Notes: generated by a model from the letters alone, not told the origin. A stretch of DNA of 64,000 nucleotides from Abditibacteriaceae bacterium (GCA_965277285.1 OZ255721.1:2336001-2400000); one strand, 5' to 3'; shown: positions 44,652-54,557, counted from the first letter of the stretch. Made by a program: numbers and translations.

Positions 44652-45173
44652 GTGGATAACTTCACGAAAAGCGAACACAAAACTCCAAAAAATACACTGA
44701 CGAGTTCGGTTTTTTGTCACAATGGTCGAAAAATCGAACACCGGAACGTCGATAAACCGAACAGGACAAAAGAAACTCTTACAAAAACAACTGAGACAAA
44801 AGAAAGCGGGACAACAAGGGTTTTCTTTCTAATCGATGAATCCAGGGACTCGGCGCACTCACTCAATTCTCTTTTCAATATGGACAAGATCTGGGATCAA
44901 GCGAATCTCCATCAATTGCCGATTCGGATGCAGCAGTTCATTGCGTTTTACATCCAGCGATATGCCCGGCATTTCCCCAACTCGGCTGTACCGGTCATCT
45001 TCAGTTCGGCTTTGAAGCGTTTGAACGGTGTGCTGGCAAACTACTCCAAGAGCGAACTTGAGGAATTATTAGATCGGTTTTTTATCTGTGAGTTGCCCAA
45101 TGTCAAGCAGCAGTGGTATTCGCTCGAAGCCTTCGTCCACAACGTCGATGTTTTGGAGGAAACAGAATTATGA
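44652..45173 (+). CDS. hypothetical protein, possibly the C-terminal part of an element replication protein
   Basis: 173-aa ORF with a low-complexity linker and helical C-terminus; begins at a perfect DnaA box. Function is a guess. Confidence 0.4.
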   Translation: MDNFTKSEHKTPKNTLTSSVFCHNGRKIEHRNVDKPNRTKETLTKTTETKESGTTRVFFLIDESRDSAHSLNSLFNMDKIWDQANLHQLPIRMQQFIAFYIQRYARHFPNSAVPVIFSSALKRLNGVLANYSKSELEELLDRFFICELPNVKQQWYSLEAFVHNVDVLEETEL

Positions 45174-45183
45174 GCAGACAGGA

Positions 45184-45483
45184 TCACGAGGAACCCTCGA
45201 TCTTACGTTCGGCCCAACGCTTTTTCTGCGCGGCGGCAATGGTGGCTTTCTGCTTTTCGGTCATTGGTCGACCTGCGGGACGGCCAACCTGAGCCTGTGG
45301 TTTCCACGACTTGAGCACCTTACGCGCGATGCCGATGTGCCCTAAGATACGCACGCCTTGCAATCGGCCATCGCTCAACGCATTGTAAATCGCCGTGCGC
45401 GATACGCCTTTGGGCTTGACCGCCTGTGCCGGGGTCACGATGTCGTTATCGGCTCTCTGAGATTTGCCTTGTTCTGCTTTCAT
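45184..45483 (-). CDS. small HTH/excisionase-like DNA-binding protein with basic tail
   Basis: VTPAQA...GVSRTAIYNALSDGRL; GRPAGRP..IAAAQKKRWA; divergent from a recombinase. Confidence 0.6.
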   Translation of the reverse strand: MKAEQGKSQRADNDIVTPAQAVKPKGVSRTAIYNALSDGRLQGVRILGHIGIARKVLKSWKPQAQVGRPAGRPMTEKQKATIAAAQKKRWAERKIEGSS

Positions 45484-45708
45484 GGAATCTGCTGGTTACG
45501 GTTGATTGGAGTGGTGGAAAAGCTGGTGGTGCGCGACATCGTTGGAATGAAATCCACGTTCCGGTCTTTGACAACCATCATAGCACATCGTTACTTAATA
45601 CTTGACAATCTTACATATTAAGTATATTGTGACGATGAACTATCACTAACAACTCGCCATGAGTTCAAGCCCACCCTCAAAACAATTCACCCGTCTTCCG
45701 TCCCGATT

Positions 45709-46794
45709 GTGCAATCATCTTTTTCCACAACGGATTTTGCTGACCGAACGGAATATCGTCACCCGACTTCATCGAGTTTAAGCATCGCCGTATCGAGTTC
45801 AAGCATCGCCGTTTCTGAACTTCGAGGTTGGGTCGAAGAGTTTCTTTACGACGGCGAGTTGCGTTTGCAATCGCCACGCACACTGGAAACGCGGCGCGTC
45901 TTTTTGAAGAATTTCCTTTGGTTTCTCGATCACAACGAGTACTCGATATGCGGCCTGAGCGAACTGCGTCAGTTCTTCCACTATCTTAGTCACGGCCACG
46001 AAGAAGCCGGTGGACGGTTCGGCAATCCCAATCTGAAACGAGCTGCCCGCCCGGTCACGGTCTTGGACTATTACGTCTGCCTCCGCTCGCTCTTCGACTG
46101 GATGGTCACGCAAAAGATCATCGCCGCGACGCCCTTTACGCGCATCGCCAAGCCGCAGGTGCGCGAAGAAGTGAAAACGCCACTGTCTGTATCGCAGTTC
46201 GAGTCGCTGCTGGAAGCCGCTGGCAAGTCGCCCGCACCAGCGCGCAACCGAGCAATTTTAGCTCTCTTGCTTGATACCGGCTGCCGCGCCAGCGAACTGG
46301 TCGGATTACGAGAAAAGGACGTGGACATAAGCGGTGGCCGTTGCCGCGTGCTGGGCAAAGGAAACAAATACCGCACTCTTTTCTTCGGCAGCCGCACCGC
46401 CGCGTTCTTGCAGGCATATTGCGATGAGATGAACGAAGTCGAATTGAGCGAAAACGAGCCAGACGCCAGTCACTCAAGGAGCAGTGAATCATCTGCAACA
46501 TCGTTTTTCCGTTCGACGAGGGATGGTCAACCCCTCACACGATCGGGCTTGCTCCACTTGCTCAAACGGCTCGGCAAAAGGGCGGGGTTCAAGGACGAAG
46601 TTTGCGTCCACGCCTTGCGCCGCTCCTTCGCAGTGCAGATGCTGAGGAACGGCGCCAACGTGTTCAGCGTGCAGGCGATGCTCGGCCACACCAACTTACA
46701 GATGACACGCAAATACTGCGCGATGGCATTGACCGACGCCGAAGCCCAACATCGACAGTTCAGCCCGATGGACCGTTTACCCCAAGATAGCTGA
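45709..46794 (+). CDS. tyrosine recombinase/integrase
   Basis: DTGCRASEL, GKGNK, HALRR, MLGH, RKY catalytic set. Confidence 0.92.
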   Translation: MQSSFSTTDFADRTEYRHPTSSSLSIAVSSSSIAVSELRGWVEEFLYDGELRLQSPRTLETRRVFLKNFLWFLDHNEYSICGLSELRQFFHYLSHGHEEAGGRFGNPNLKRAARPVTVLDYYVCLRSLFDWMVTQKIIAATPFTRIAKPQVREEVKTPLSVSQFESLLEAAGKSPAPARNRAILALLLDTGCRASELVGLREKDVDISGGRCRVLGKGNKYRTLFFGSRTAAFLQAYCDEMNEVELSENEPDASHSRSSESSATSFFRSTRDGQPLTRSGLLHLLKRLGKRAGFKDEVCVHALRRSFAVQMLRNGANVFSVQAMLGHTNLQMTRKYCAMALTDAEAQHRQFSPMDRLPQDS

Positions 46795-46953
46795 TTTCAA
46801 GACCATCCATTGGGAATATTAGGAAAAACATCGAGTACTCGATTTGAGATAAATGATTGGATGAACGTTCACGCTTGATCGCGGAGCCTCTTGAGTCGAA
46901 AAACGCCGGATGGCCGTATAGATTGCGGTCATCCGGCGTTTAGATCCTCAACG

Positions 46954-48090
46954 TCAGTCGTTCTTCACCGTCCTTGCTTTTTGCGCCGCCAACGCATCCA
47001 CCGGCGAGCATTTGCGATACTGATTCTCCAAATCGGACTTGCTCAGCTTCAAATAGGTCTGGCAAACGGTCAGGCTGCTGTGCCCCATCAAGCTCATCAG
47101 GCTGTAAACGTCGCAGCCGTTCCGCAAAAGCTGGATGGCGGCGCTATGGCGAAAGACGTGCGGGCTGACTTTCATCGCTTTGATACCCGCCACTTTACCC
47201 AATCGCTCGATCAGTTGCAGCAACCCGGAACGGGTCAACGCCTCACCATTGCGGGTTCCCGCTACGGAAAGAAAAACAGGATCGTTCGTTTCTCGTTTCG
47301 GCTGACGCAAGTAATTCGACAACACTTTGCCGGTCTCGCGCGAAAAGTAGACCAGACGATGCTTGTTGCCCTTGCCCAAAACACGGGCATGACGACTATT
47401 CAGATCGAGGTCGTCGATCTGCAAATTACACAATTCCGAGGCCCGCACGCCCGTGTCGTACAGAAACAACACGATGGCTTCGTCGCGCTTGGGGCAGGGC
47501 GACGACCGCGCCGCTTTGAGCAGGGATTCGATCTGTTCCTGGCTGAATGGCTGCACCTGCTCGGAACGGACTTTGGGTTTGGAGATTTTCTCCAATGGCG
47601 AAACTTCGAGTACGCCATCTTCCACCAACCAATTGAAGAGGCATCGCAGATTGATGTAGTAATCTTTGACGGTAATCGGACGCACGGCTTTGGTCAGGTT
47701 CGCTTTGCCCCAGCGTCCCCCGACTTCGCTGTGACCATGCTGCAAGTAGTGGAAAAACTGGCGCAGTTCACCCACTGCGCAGTTTGAAAAATCGCGGTCG
47801 TTCAAAAACCAGAGCAGGTTTTGAATGAAGATGCGGCGGGTTTCGATGGTGCGCGGCGACTGCATCCGGTAATCGCAGTCGCGCAGATAGTCGTTGGCGA
47901 ATCGCGCCAAATCGACGGTGGAAAGACCTGCAATAGAGTGATTGCGTGGCGAATGTGCGGGCGAAGCGGCCAGCGACTTCGCGGAGTCAAGCTCTGTTAC
48001 GGGCGGGGTGGAAAGAGTGAAGTTAAGCGCTGTCTCCGACATCATGTCCTCCAAAAACGATTTTGGAAGAGCACTTGACTGAGACGTCAA
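46954..48090 (-). CDS. tyrosine recombinase/integrase next to the tRNA 3' end
   Basis: DTGVRASEL, GKGNK, HVFRH, LMGH, QTY. True start may be the MM near 48045. Confidence 0.92.
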   Translation of the reverse strand: MTSQSSALPKSFLEDMMSETALNFTLSTPPVTELDSAKSLAASPAHSPRNHSIAGLSTVDLARFANDYLRDCDYRMQSPRTIETRRIFIQNLLWFLNDRDFSNCAVGELRQFFHYLQHGHSEVGGRWGKANLTKAVRPITVKDYYINLRCLFNWLVEDGVLEVSPLEKISKPKVRSEQVQPFSQEQIESLLKAARSSPCPKRDEAIVLFLYDTGVRASELCNLQIDDLDLNSRHARVLGKGNKHRLVYFSRETGKVLSNYLRQPKRETNDPVFLSVAGTRNGEALTRSGLLQLIERLGKVAGIKAMKVSPHVFRHSAAIQLLRNGCDVYSLMSLMGHSSLTVCQTYLKLSKSDLENQYRKCSPVDALAAQKARTVKND

Positions 48091-48134
48091 GCGGTCTTTT
48101 CACGCTCAAAACGAGCGAAAAAGAAAGTGAGAGA

Positions 48135-48207
48135 TGGAGCAGAGGGGATTCGAACCCCTGACCTCTTGAGTGCGATTCAAGCGCGCTACCAACTGCGCTA
48201 CAGCCCC
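48135..48207 (-). tRNA. tRNA-Ala(CGC), CCA not encoded
   Basis: GGGGCTGTAGCGCAGTTGGTAGCGCG CTTGA ATCGCAC TCAAG AGGTCAGGGGTTCGAATCCCCT CTGCTCCA; G3:U70 alanine identity pair. Confidence 0.95.
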
Positions 48208-48424
48208 GCGTAACAATCCGAAAAGCAAATGAGACGTCCACGTTCTTTCCAAACCGAGCTCTTATTATGACGCAGACTAAAAACTGCGTCAAGGCGCGGC
48301 ATCAAAGCAGAAAACATTTTACCGCACTACCGGGCCATGCCGAAAAATACTTCAGACAAAGCAATGGCCACGACAAAATATGTCGTGGCCATTTTGCGAT
48401 TGCAACGCTACAACTTCGACGAAC

Positions 48425-48952
48425 TTACTTTTTGCCGCCTTTCTTGCCACCTTTCGATGCTTCGGCTTTGCTGGGCACCGCAGTTTTGGCCTCGGGTTTC
48501 GCAGGTGCTACTTTAGCGGAAGTCGCTTTGGCGGGAGCCGTGCCGCTCTTGGCTGCTGTCGCTTTGCTGCCACCTTTAGCGTCCGCCTTGGCAGCACTTT
48601 CTTTCGCGGCACCAGCCTTGGCCTTGCCCACCTTCGCGCCGTCACTTTTCTCACCGCTAATAGCGTCTTTGAACGCTTTGCCGGCGGAGAAACGTACGTT
48701 CTTGCTGGCCTTGATTTGCAAGGCTTCGCCAGTTTTCGGGTTGCGTCCCATGCGCGCGGCGCGCTCGCCGACGCGGAAAGTTCCCAGACCGACCATGCGC
48801 ACTTCGCCGCCACTGCTCAAGGTGCGCTTGAGAGAGTTCTCAAAAGCGCGAATGACCTGCTCGACTTGCGCGTTCGGCATCTGCGTTTCCGCCGCGACTT
48901 CGCCGACGACATCGGCACGACTGAGCGGCGTGCTGCTTTTTGCTGCTGCCAT
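48425..48952 (-). CDS. hup: HU family nucleoid protein with Lys/Ala-rich C-terminal tail
   Basis: GLGTFRV, GRNPKTGE, FSAGKAFK; GAGGAGG RBS before 48952. Confidence 0.9.
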   Translation of the reverse strand: MAAAKSSTPLSRADVVGEVAAETQMPNAQVEQVIRAFENSLKRTLSSGGEVRMVGLGTFRVGERAARMGRNPKTGEALQIKASKNVRFSAGKAFKDAISGEKSDGAKVGKAKAGAAKESAAKADAKGGSKATAAKSGTAPAKATSAKVAPAKPEAKTAVPSKAEASKGGKKGGKK

Positions 48953-49338
48953 AAGTGTTCCCTCCTCAGGGAGAACAGCGCGAGTTTCAACCTTTTCAGG
49001 TAACAACCTTTTATAGGTCTCGACTCTGCGCCGTCAATCGAACGCGATGTCAACAGCAATAGGAGATTCCGCGTTCGTTGCGCCTTTATATAACACGCGC
49101 AACGGCTCTTTGTCTACCTTTTTTGCGAAAAAACCTTTATTTATCAAGGTTTTTCGTGTTTTCTGCTTCGAGTACTCGATTTCGCACTCAAAACCCTTTA
49201 TTCTGCTTGCCCGCACAATAATGCAATGGCGAAGAAACCAAGTGTGACTTGCGCTCTTTTTAATCAGCTTTTATCCTCAAGAACTGATTGGGAGAAGGCA
49301 AAATCACCGCTCGATTCATGGCTCTTTTTTCTTTCATC

Positions 49339-50385
49339 TTACGCTTCGCGGCAACCCTGACGGTTCATCAATTCCTCCACCGCCGTGCGAGGATTGCGTC
49401 CTTCAAACAAAACTGCCGCCACTTGTTCCGTAATGGGAAGTTCGATGTTCGCGTCCTTCGCCAATCGCAAAGCGGCGCGGCACGTATGAACGCCTTCGGC
49501 GACCTGCGCGATTTCGCTTTGCGCGACACGCAACGTTTCGCCTTGCGCCAAATGAAAACCCAGTGCATGATTGCGCGATTTATTGCCAGCGCACGTCGCA
49601 ATCAAGTCGCCCATGCCGCTCAAGCCGAACAACGTGCTTTCCTGCGCACCCAAAGCCATCGCCAAACGCGTCATTTCGCGCCAGGCGCGCGTCATCAAAG
49701 CGGCCTTGGCATTATCGCCAAACCCCAGGCCATCGCCGATGCCCGCCGCAATAGCGACCACGTTTTTCAAGGCGCCGCCCAATTCTACGCCCAGCAAATC
49801 GTCGTTAGTGTAAACGCGGAATGTCTTCGTGTTGAACAACTTTTGCGCAGCGTTCGCAGCGTCTTCATTTTGCGACGCCACCACCGTCGAACTGGGAATG
49901 CCAGCCACAATTTCGCGCGCCAGGTTCGGCCCACTCAAAGCGACCAAACGATGCGCTGCCAAACCACCGTCCCGCGCCCATGTTTGCGACGCACGCAAGC
50001 TGCTCTCGGGATGCAAACCTTTGGTCCCGCTGACAACAACCGCTTGGGGCAACAATCGAGTACTCGATGCGCGTGCAATCTGCGGCAAAGCCGAACACGG
50101 AACCGCTGAAACAACCCAGTTCGCACCGTTCAAAACATCGAGCAAGCTGTTAGTGATTGCAATGTCGCTGAGCGAAATTCCGGGCAGATAGCGCGCGTTT
50201 TCGCCGTCGTTTTGCAAGCGTCGAGCGACTTCGGCATCGCGCGCCCACAAACGCACGCGACAACCTTTCTGACGCAGCAAATGCGCCAGCGCCGTGCCCC
50301 AACTGCCAGCGCCCAAAACCGCAACCGTTTCACTGCTCGCTGCTTGCTCGTCTTCTGCTTGCTCGTTCACGGTTTCATTATTCAT
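49339..50385 (-). CDS. gpsA: NAD(P)H-dependent glycerol-3-phosphate dehydrogenase
   Basis: GAGSWGTALA, LSGPNLA, GVELGGALKNV, GMGDLIATC, SRN, AEGV. Confidence 0.96.
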   Translation of the reverse strand: MNNETVNEQAEDEQAASSETVAVLGAGSWGTALAHLLRQKGCRVRLWARDAEVARRLQNDGENARYLPGISLSDIAITNSLLDVLNGANWVVSAVPCSALPQIARASSTRLLPQAVVVSGTKGLHPESSLRASQTWARDGGLAAHRLVALSGPNLAREIVAGIPSSTVVASQNEDAANAAQKLFNTKTFRVYTNDDLLGVELGGALKNVVAIAAGIGDGLGFGDNAKAALMTRAWREMTRLAMALGAQESTLFGLSGMGDLIATCAGNKSRNHALGFHLAQGETLRVAQSEIAQVAEGVHTCRAALRLAKDANIELPITEQVAAVLFEGRNPRTAVEELMNRQGCREA

Positions 50386-51029
50386 GTTTTCGTCACCGCC
50401 GAAGTTGAAGCGTCTTCGCTTTGGGTTCGAGTACTCGATGTCGCTTTTGGCTGCCCAATTTTCGGCTCAATTCCGGCCTTCAAACGCTTCATGTTCGGAA
50501 TGTGCTTGACCAAACCGACAACGCAAAACAGTGTAATAACGGCGTTGGTTAAAGCGGGTTGATGCGTCAAAATTGCGCCCACAGGAGCGGCAATACAAAC
50601 CGCAATCGACGCGACGGAAATGGTGCACGACAGCCACAAAACCAAGCCCCACAAGGCGAAACAACCAATAGCGACAACGGGAATCAGGCCCAGCATCGCG
50701 CCAAACGCTGTTGCCACACCTTTACCGCCTTTGAACTTCAAGAAAACCGAAAACGTATGTCCCAAGACGACAACCAGAGCGCATAAAGCAACAGCGTTTG
50801 CATCGTGAGGAACTAAGGCTTTGGCGAGGAACGTGGCGGCGAGACCTTTCAACACATCGAGTGCGAAGACCAGCGCGCCCATTTTCGGGCCGAGTGCGCG
50901 CCAGACATTGGTCGTGCCGATGTTGCCCGACCCGACGCGTTGCACATCAACGCCACAGGCGCGCCCAACCAATACGCCAAAGGGAATCGCGCCACAAAAA
51001 TACGAAAGAAGAAGAGCGAGTGGAAGCAT
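50382..51029 (-). CDS. plsY: glycerol-3-phosphate acyltransferase
   Basis: GSGNIGTTNVWR, DVLKG, GH...FKGGKGVAT, HIPNMKRL..GIE. Confidence 0.95.
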   Translation of the reverse strand: MLPLALLLSYFCGAIPFGVLVGRACGVDVQRVGSGNIGTTNVWRALGPKMGALVFALDVLKGLAATFLAKALVPHDANAVALCALVVVLGHTFSVFLKFKGGKGVATAFGAMLGLIPVVAIGCFALWGLVLWLSCTISVASIAVCIAAPVGAILTHQPALTNAVITLFCVVGLVKHIPNMKRLKAGIEPKIGQPKATSSTRTQSEDASTSAVTKT

Positions 51030-51082
51030 GGATTTATCAGCCCGCGAAACACCGCAAAACTTTGGGAATCGAGTACTCGAAC

Positions 51083-51736
51083 TTAGTCTTCATCACCATA
51101 AATCGAATGACAAAAGTTGAACCATTCGGTGTCAGCATTTTCCACACCGGCCTTGTAGGAAACAGCGTTTTCAAAGCCGCCGCCTTCATCCAAGTAATAA
51201 TAACGAAACTTTAATTCAGGAAACTGACGAGACAGTTCAGCGATGACAGGAATGGCTGGCGTCCAGCGCGTTTCAAAATAGCATTCGTAAACATCTTGCG
51301 ATTCTTCAATGCGCTGATACTCATATGCCTCGTTCGTTCCCCATGTCCCACGCTGCCAAGCGTATTCCGTATAAAATCCGGTCGCTTCAAAACACGCCAA
51401 ACACTTTTGCGCATGAGAAATAGCGTCAGGATAAAGTTTTCGAGCAACGAAGTTAAGGCGTTCCATCGTGTACGATTCGCCCAATTGATCCCGCAATATC
51501 CGATGATTTTTAACATCATCGAGGTATGTTTCGGGTTTCAGCAAAGCCAATCCTAACGCCATATTTTCGCTCCGCTCGAAGTTAGTAGGAATTGTTTCCT
51601 GCGCTACTTCAGGAATCGGAATGACGCGCTCAAAGTCGAAATAAAACTCGCCTTCACTCTCGTATTCGATGAATTCGCAAACTTTATCTGCGCCGCTGCC
51701 CTCGACACGCAGCCGATTTGTCGTGTTGTTCGCCAT
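51083..51736 (-). CDS. hypothetical protein (YubB/DUF1281 ferredoxin-like)
   Basis: MANNTTNRL, FDFERVIPIP, W...WGT, FETRWTPAIPVIAELSRQFPEL. Confidence 0.7.
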   Translation of the reverse strand: MANNTTNRLRVEGSGADKVCEFIEYESEGEFYFDFERVIPIPEVAQETIPTNFERSENMALGLALLKPETYLDDVKNHRILRDQLGESYTMERLNFVARKLYPDAISHAQKCLACFEATGFYTEYAWQRGTWGTNEAYEYQRIEESQDVYECYFETRWTPAIPVIAELSRQFPELKFRYYYLDEGGGFENAVSYKAGVENADTEWFNFCHSIYGDED

Positions 51737-51762
51737 GACTTTTTCACAATCGAGTACTCGAT

Positions 51763-53385
51763 TTAATCTTCGTCGAAATCTTCGGTCACATATTCAATGA
51801 CGGTTTCTGCGTCGTCATCGTCATCTACGCCGAACTCTTGAAGGCGTTTAACTTTGGCGGCGCGCGCTTCGGCTTCTTGCGCCAATCTTTCCTGCAAAGT
51901 CGCGTCGCGCTTGGCTTTCAATCGTTCTTCCTTGGTCATTTCACCGCTACCGCGTCGCAGTTCGATTTTCAAAGGCACGCCGCGAAACGGGAACTTGCGA
52001 CGAATCGAGTTTTCCAGGAAGCGCACATACGAAAAATGCAGCAAATCGGGCGCGTTGCAGAAAATGATGATGTGCGGCGGCGAGGTTTCGGCCTGCGTCG
52101 CGTAACGGATCTTGATCTGCTTGCCTTTGACCGACGGCACCGCGTGGTCGCTGATGGCGCGACGAATTGTATCGTTCAACACGCCAGTCGAAATGCGCAA
52201 ATGCAAGTTCTTGGAAATATCGAGCGCGTCATCGAACATCGGTTCGACGCCCCAACCGCTTTCCGCGCTGGTGAAATGTACCGGCGCATAGGAAACGAAC
52301 GGCAAATAACGCTCGATCATGCCCAGATAATCTTTCTGCGCCAGGCTGCGACGCGGTTCTTTGGGCTTTTCTTTGCCTTTGCCGCGCGTCTTAGAGTCCG
52401 CTTTCGGTTCTTCAACAACTTCAACCACTTCGGGCGCGTCTTCACTTCGAGTACTCGAACGCGGCGTTTCCTGGGCTTTTTCCTCGATTAAATCCCATTT
52501 GTTGATGCACACCAAAATCGCTTTTCCGGCTTCATGCGCGTAACCCACAATTTTCGTGTCTTGCTCGGCGACGCCACCGCTGTCGAGCACAAGAATGACG
52601 ACATCAGCGCGTTCCATGGCGCGCAAAGAACGCAAAACCATGTGATATTCGACGGCGGTTTTATCGGCCTTAACGCGCGATTTGCGACGCATTCCCGCCG
52701 TATCGATGAGCAGAACTTTCTGGCCTTTCCACGTCATCGGCGTATCAATCGCGTCGCGCGTCGTGCCCGCAACCGGCGACACGATGCTGCGCTGAAAACC
52801 CAGCAGATCGTTGGTCAAGGCGCTTTTGCCGACGTTCGGGCGCCCGACGATGGCGACTTTAATGGTATCGTCTTTGGGATATTCTTCGATTTCGCGCGGC
52901 AGCAATTCTTCGATGTGTTCGGTCAATTCCGCGACGCCGATTCCGGTCGCGGCGGACATGATAATCGGTTCGCCCAAGCGCAGCGCATACATATTGGAAA
53001 CCGGCATTTGCGGATTATCGACTTTGTTGAGCGCCAAAATGACGGGCTTGCGCGTGCGCCGCAACAGTTCAGCGACATCGTAGTCCAAAGTTGTGGGTTC
53101 TTCGCGGCCATCGGTCACGAAGACGATGATGTCGGCTTCGTCAATGGCGAGTTGCGCCTGCTCGACAATGGCGGGCGTGTAGCCTTCTGTTTCGTACGTA
53201 TCGAAGCCGCCGGTGTCGATCAGGCTGCAGGCGTGTCCCCAAATGTCGCAATCGGCATAAAGGCGGTCGCGCGTGGTGCCTGCGAAATCTTCGACGACAG
53301 CGATGCGCTGACGCGCCAATCGGTTAAAAAGTGTGCTCTTGCCGACGTTTGGACGCCCGACAATGGCAATAAGAGGTTTGGGCAT
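51763..53385 (-). CDS. der: ribosome biogenesis GTPase Der/EngA
   Basis: Two GRPNVGKS G-domains, GTTRD, DTAG, NKWD, and KH-like C-terminus. Confidence 0.97.
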   Translation of the reverse strand: MPKPLIAIVGRPNVGKSTLFNRLARQRIAVVEDFAGTTRDRLYADCDIWGHACSLIDTGGFDTYETEGYTPAIVEQAQLAIDEADIIVFVTDGREEPTTLDYDVAELLRRTRKPVILALNKVDNPQMPVSNMYALRLGEPIIMSAATGIGVAELTEHIEELLPREIEEYPKDDTIKVAIVGRPNVGKSALTNDLLGFQRSIVSPVAGTTRDAIDTPMTWKGQKVLLIDTAGMRRKSRVKADKTAVEYHMVLRSLRAMERADVVILVLDSGGVAEQDTKIVGYAHEAGKAILVCINKWDLIEEKAQETPRSSTRSEDAPEVVEVVEEPKADSKTRGKGKEKPKEPRRSLAQKDYLGMIERYLPFVSYAPVHFTSAESGWGVEPMFDDALDISKNLHLRISTGVLNDTIRRAISDHAVPSVKGKQIKIRYATQAETSPPHIIIFCNAPDLLHFSYVRFLENSIRRKFPFRGVPLKIELRRGSGEMTKEERLKAKRDATLQERLAQEAEARAAKVKRLQEFGVDDDDDAETVIEYVTEDFDED

Positions 53386-53439
53386 AAGGCCGCAAGTTTA
53401 ACTTGTTGGGCCCAATTGAGAAAACGCTTTGACTTTCTT

Positions 53440-53526
53440 GTAGAGAAATGACTTGCTGTGCCCGATGTTGACGCCAACACGTCGCGCATAACAACACGTC
53501 GCGGACATGGCACGCCATGTCTCTAC
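53440..53526. repeat. degenerate GTAG-type REP pair
   Basis: GTAGAGA ... GACATGGCACGCCATGTCTCTAC. Confidence 0.55.
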
Positions 53527-53599
53527 AAGGGGCGAATTTTTTGAAATCGAGTACTCGAACTCTGTGCAAAATGCTGTAAGATAGGTGCGAGGAGACATT

Positions 53600-54151
53600 A
53601 TGCTGACAAAAACGTGTTGGTTATTCGCTGTCCTTTCGTGCTTGCTTCTTGGTTCAGGCGCCAAAGCCGATGAAAGCAATCGCCGCTTTCCTTTGGTCGG
53701 GCCAGCAGGTGAGATTTATTTCTTGTCGTCGGGTCACGCGCGCGACCGTTTTGGTTCGAGTTTAAGCGGTATCGGTCTGGGATTTGGTTCGGTTGTGCCG
53801 TCCAAGAAAGCGCGCTTTTCGCCCGACATCGACATTCTGGGCAGCAATCGCAACGGCAACAAGGCGCTTTTCGTGATCGCGGGTGTGCAATATCGCCGCA
53901 CTTTTTCGCCTGACACGGTGGACACAGCGCGCTTCGTTCCATATTACGGCATTGGCGCGGATGTCTTGTATTCTCAGGTTAAAGTCCCGAGCATCGGGCA
54001 GAATGACAAAGGTTTCGGCACCGGCGCCAGTTTGCTGGTGGGTTCGACATTGGGACGACGCGCTTATGTCGAAGCACGACTGCGAGCCTTGTCGTCAATT
54101 CATTCCTACAACTTTTCCGGTTTATCGCTGTCAGCGGGAATCCGTTTCTAA
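53600..54151 (+). CDS. outer-membrane beta-barrel protein
   Basis: Signal peptide, PYYGIGA, terminal LSAGIRF. Confidence 0.78.
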   Translation: MLTKTCWLFAVLSCLLLGSGAKADESNRRFPLVGPAGEIYFLSSGHARDRFGSSLSGIGLGFGSVVPSKKARFSPDIDILGSNRNGNKALFVIAGVQYRRTFSPDTVDTARFVPYYGIGADVLYSQVKVPSIGQNDKGFGTGASLLVGSTLGRRAYVEARLRALSSIHSYNFSGLSLSAGIRF

Positions 54152-54191
54152 TTCGAGTACTCGATGGCGCGAAAATATAAAAACGAGCTTC

Positions 54192-54518
54192 TCACGCGAG
54201 AGGCTCGTTTTTCTTGTCGGGTTGGTTGCGAATCGTTGTCCAGTATTCGTCGCGCACGTCAGCGTCGATGTGAATCGGCACGCGCTCGCCATAAAGACGG
54301 TCACTGCCATCGCGCTTGCAGCTGGAAATCCAATATTCATCGCCGCTTTCGACATGAAAATAATTCGATTTGAAACCTTGTCCTTTCAAACTTTGAAACG
54401 TTTTGTTGCCGTAGCGCAAGGTTTTGCCGCTTTTGGAGAACGTGACGTGCCCGATATGTGCGTTGCCGCCGCTCAAACTTTCTTCTTTGCGTTCCAGATA
54501 CATAATGCGGCTTTTCAT
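54192..54518 (-). CDS. conserved hypothetical protein
   Basis: MKSRIMYLERK...IGHVTFSKSGKTL...NYF..ESGDEYWIS..K.DG.DRLY. Confidence 0.75.
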   Translation of the reverse strand: MKSRIMYLERKEESLSGGNAHIGHVTFSKSGKTLRYGNKTFQSLKGQGFKSNYFHVESGDEYWISSCKRDGSDRLYGERVPIHIDADVRDEYWTTIRNQPDKKNEPLA

Positions 54519-54557
54519 AGTCAGTCCTTCTATCAATCGAGTACTCGAAACACCTTT

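Noticed and set aside
45709..48090. Tyrosine recombinases as integron integrases (IntI)
   Set aside because: No IntI-specific insertion recognised, and they are not adjacent to an attI or cassette array.
54192..54518. Label 'DXP synthase' sometimes attached to this small family
   Set aside because: 108 aa with no TPP-binding motif; kept as hypothetical.
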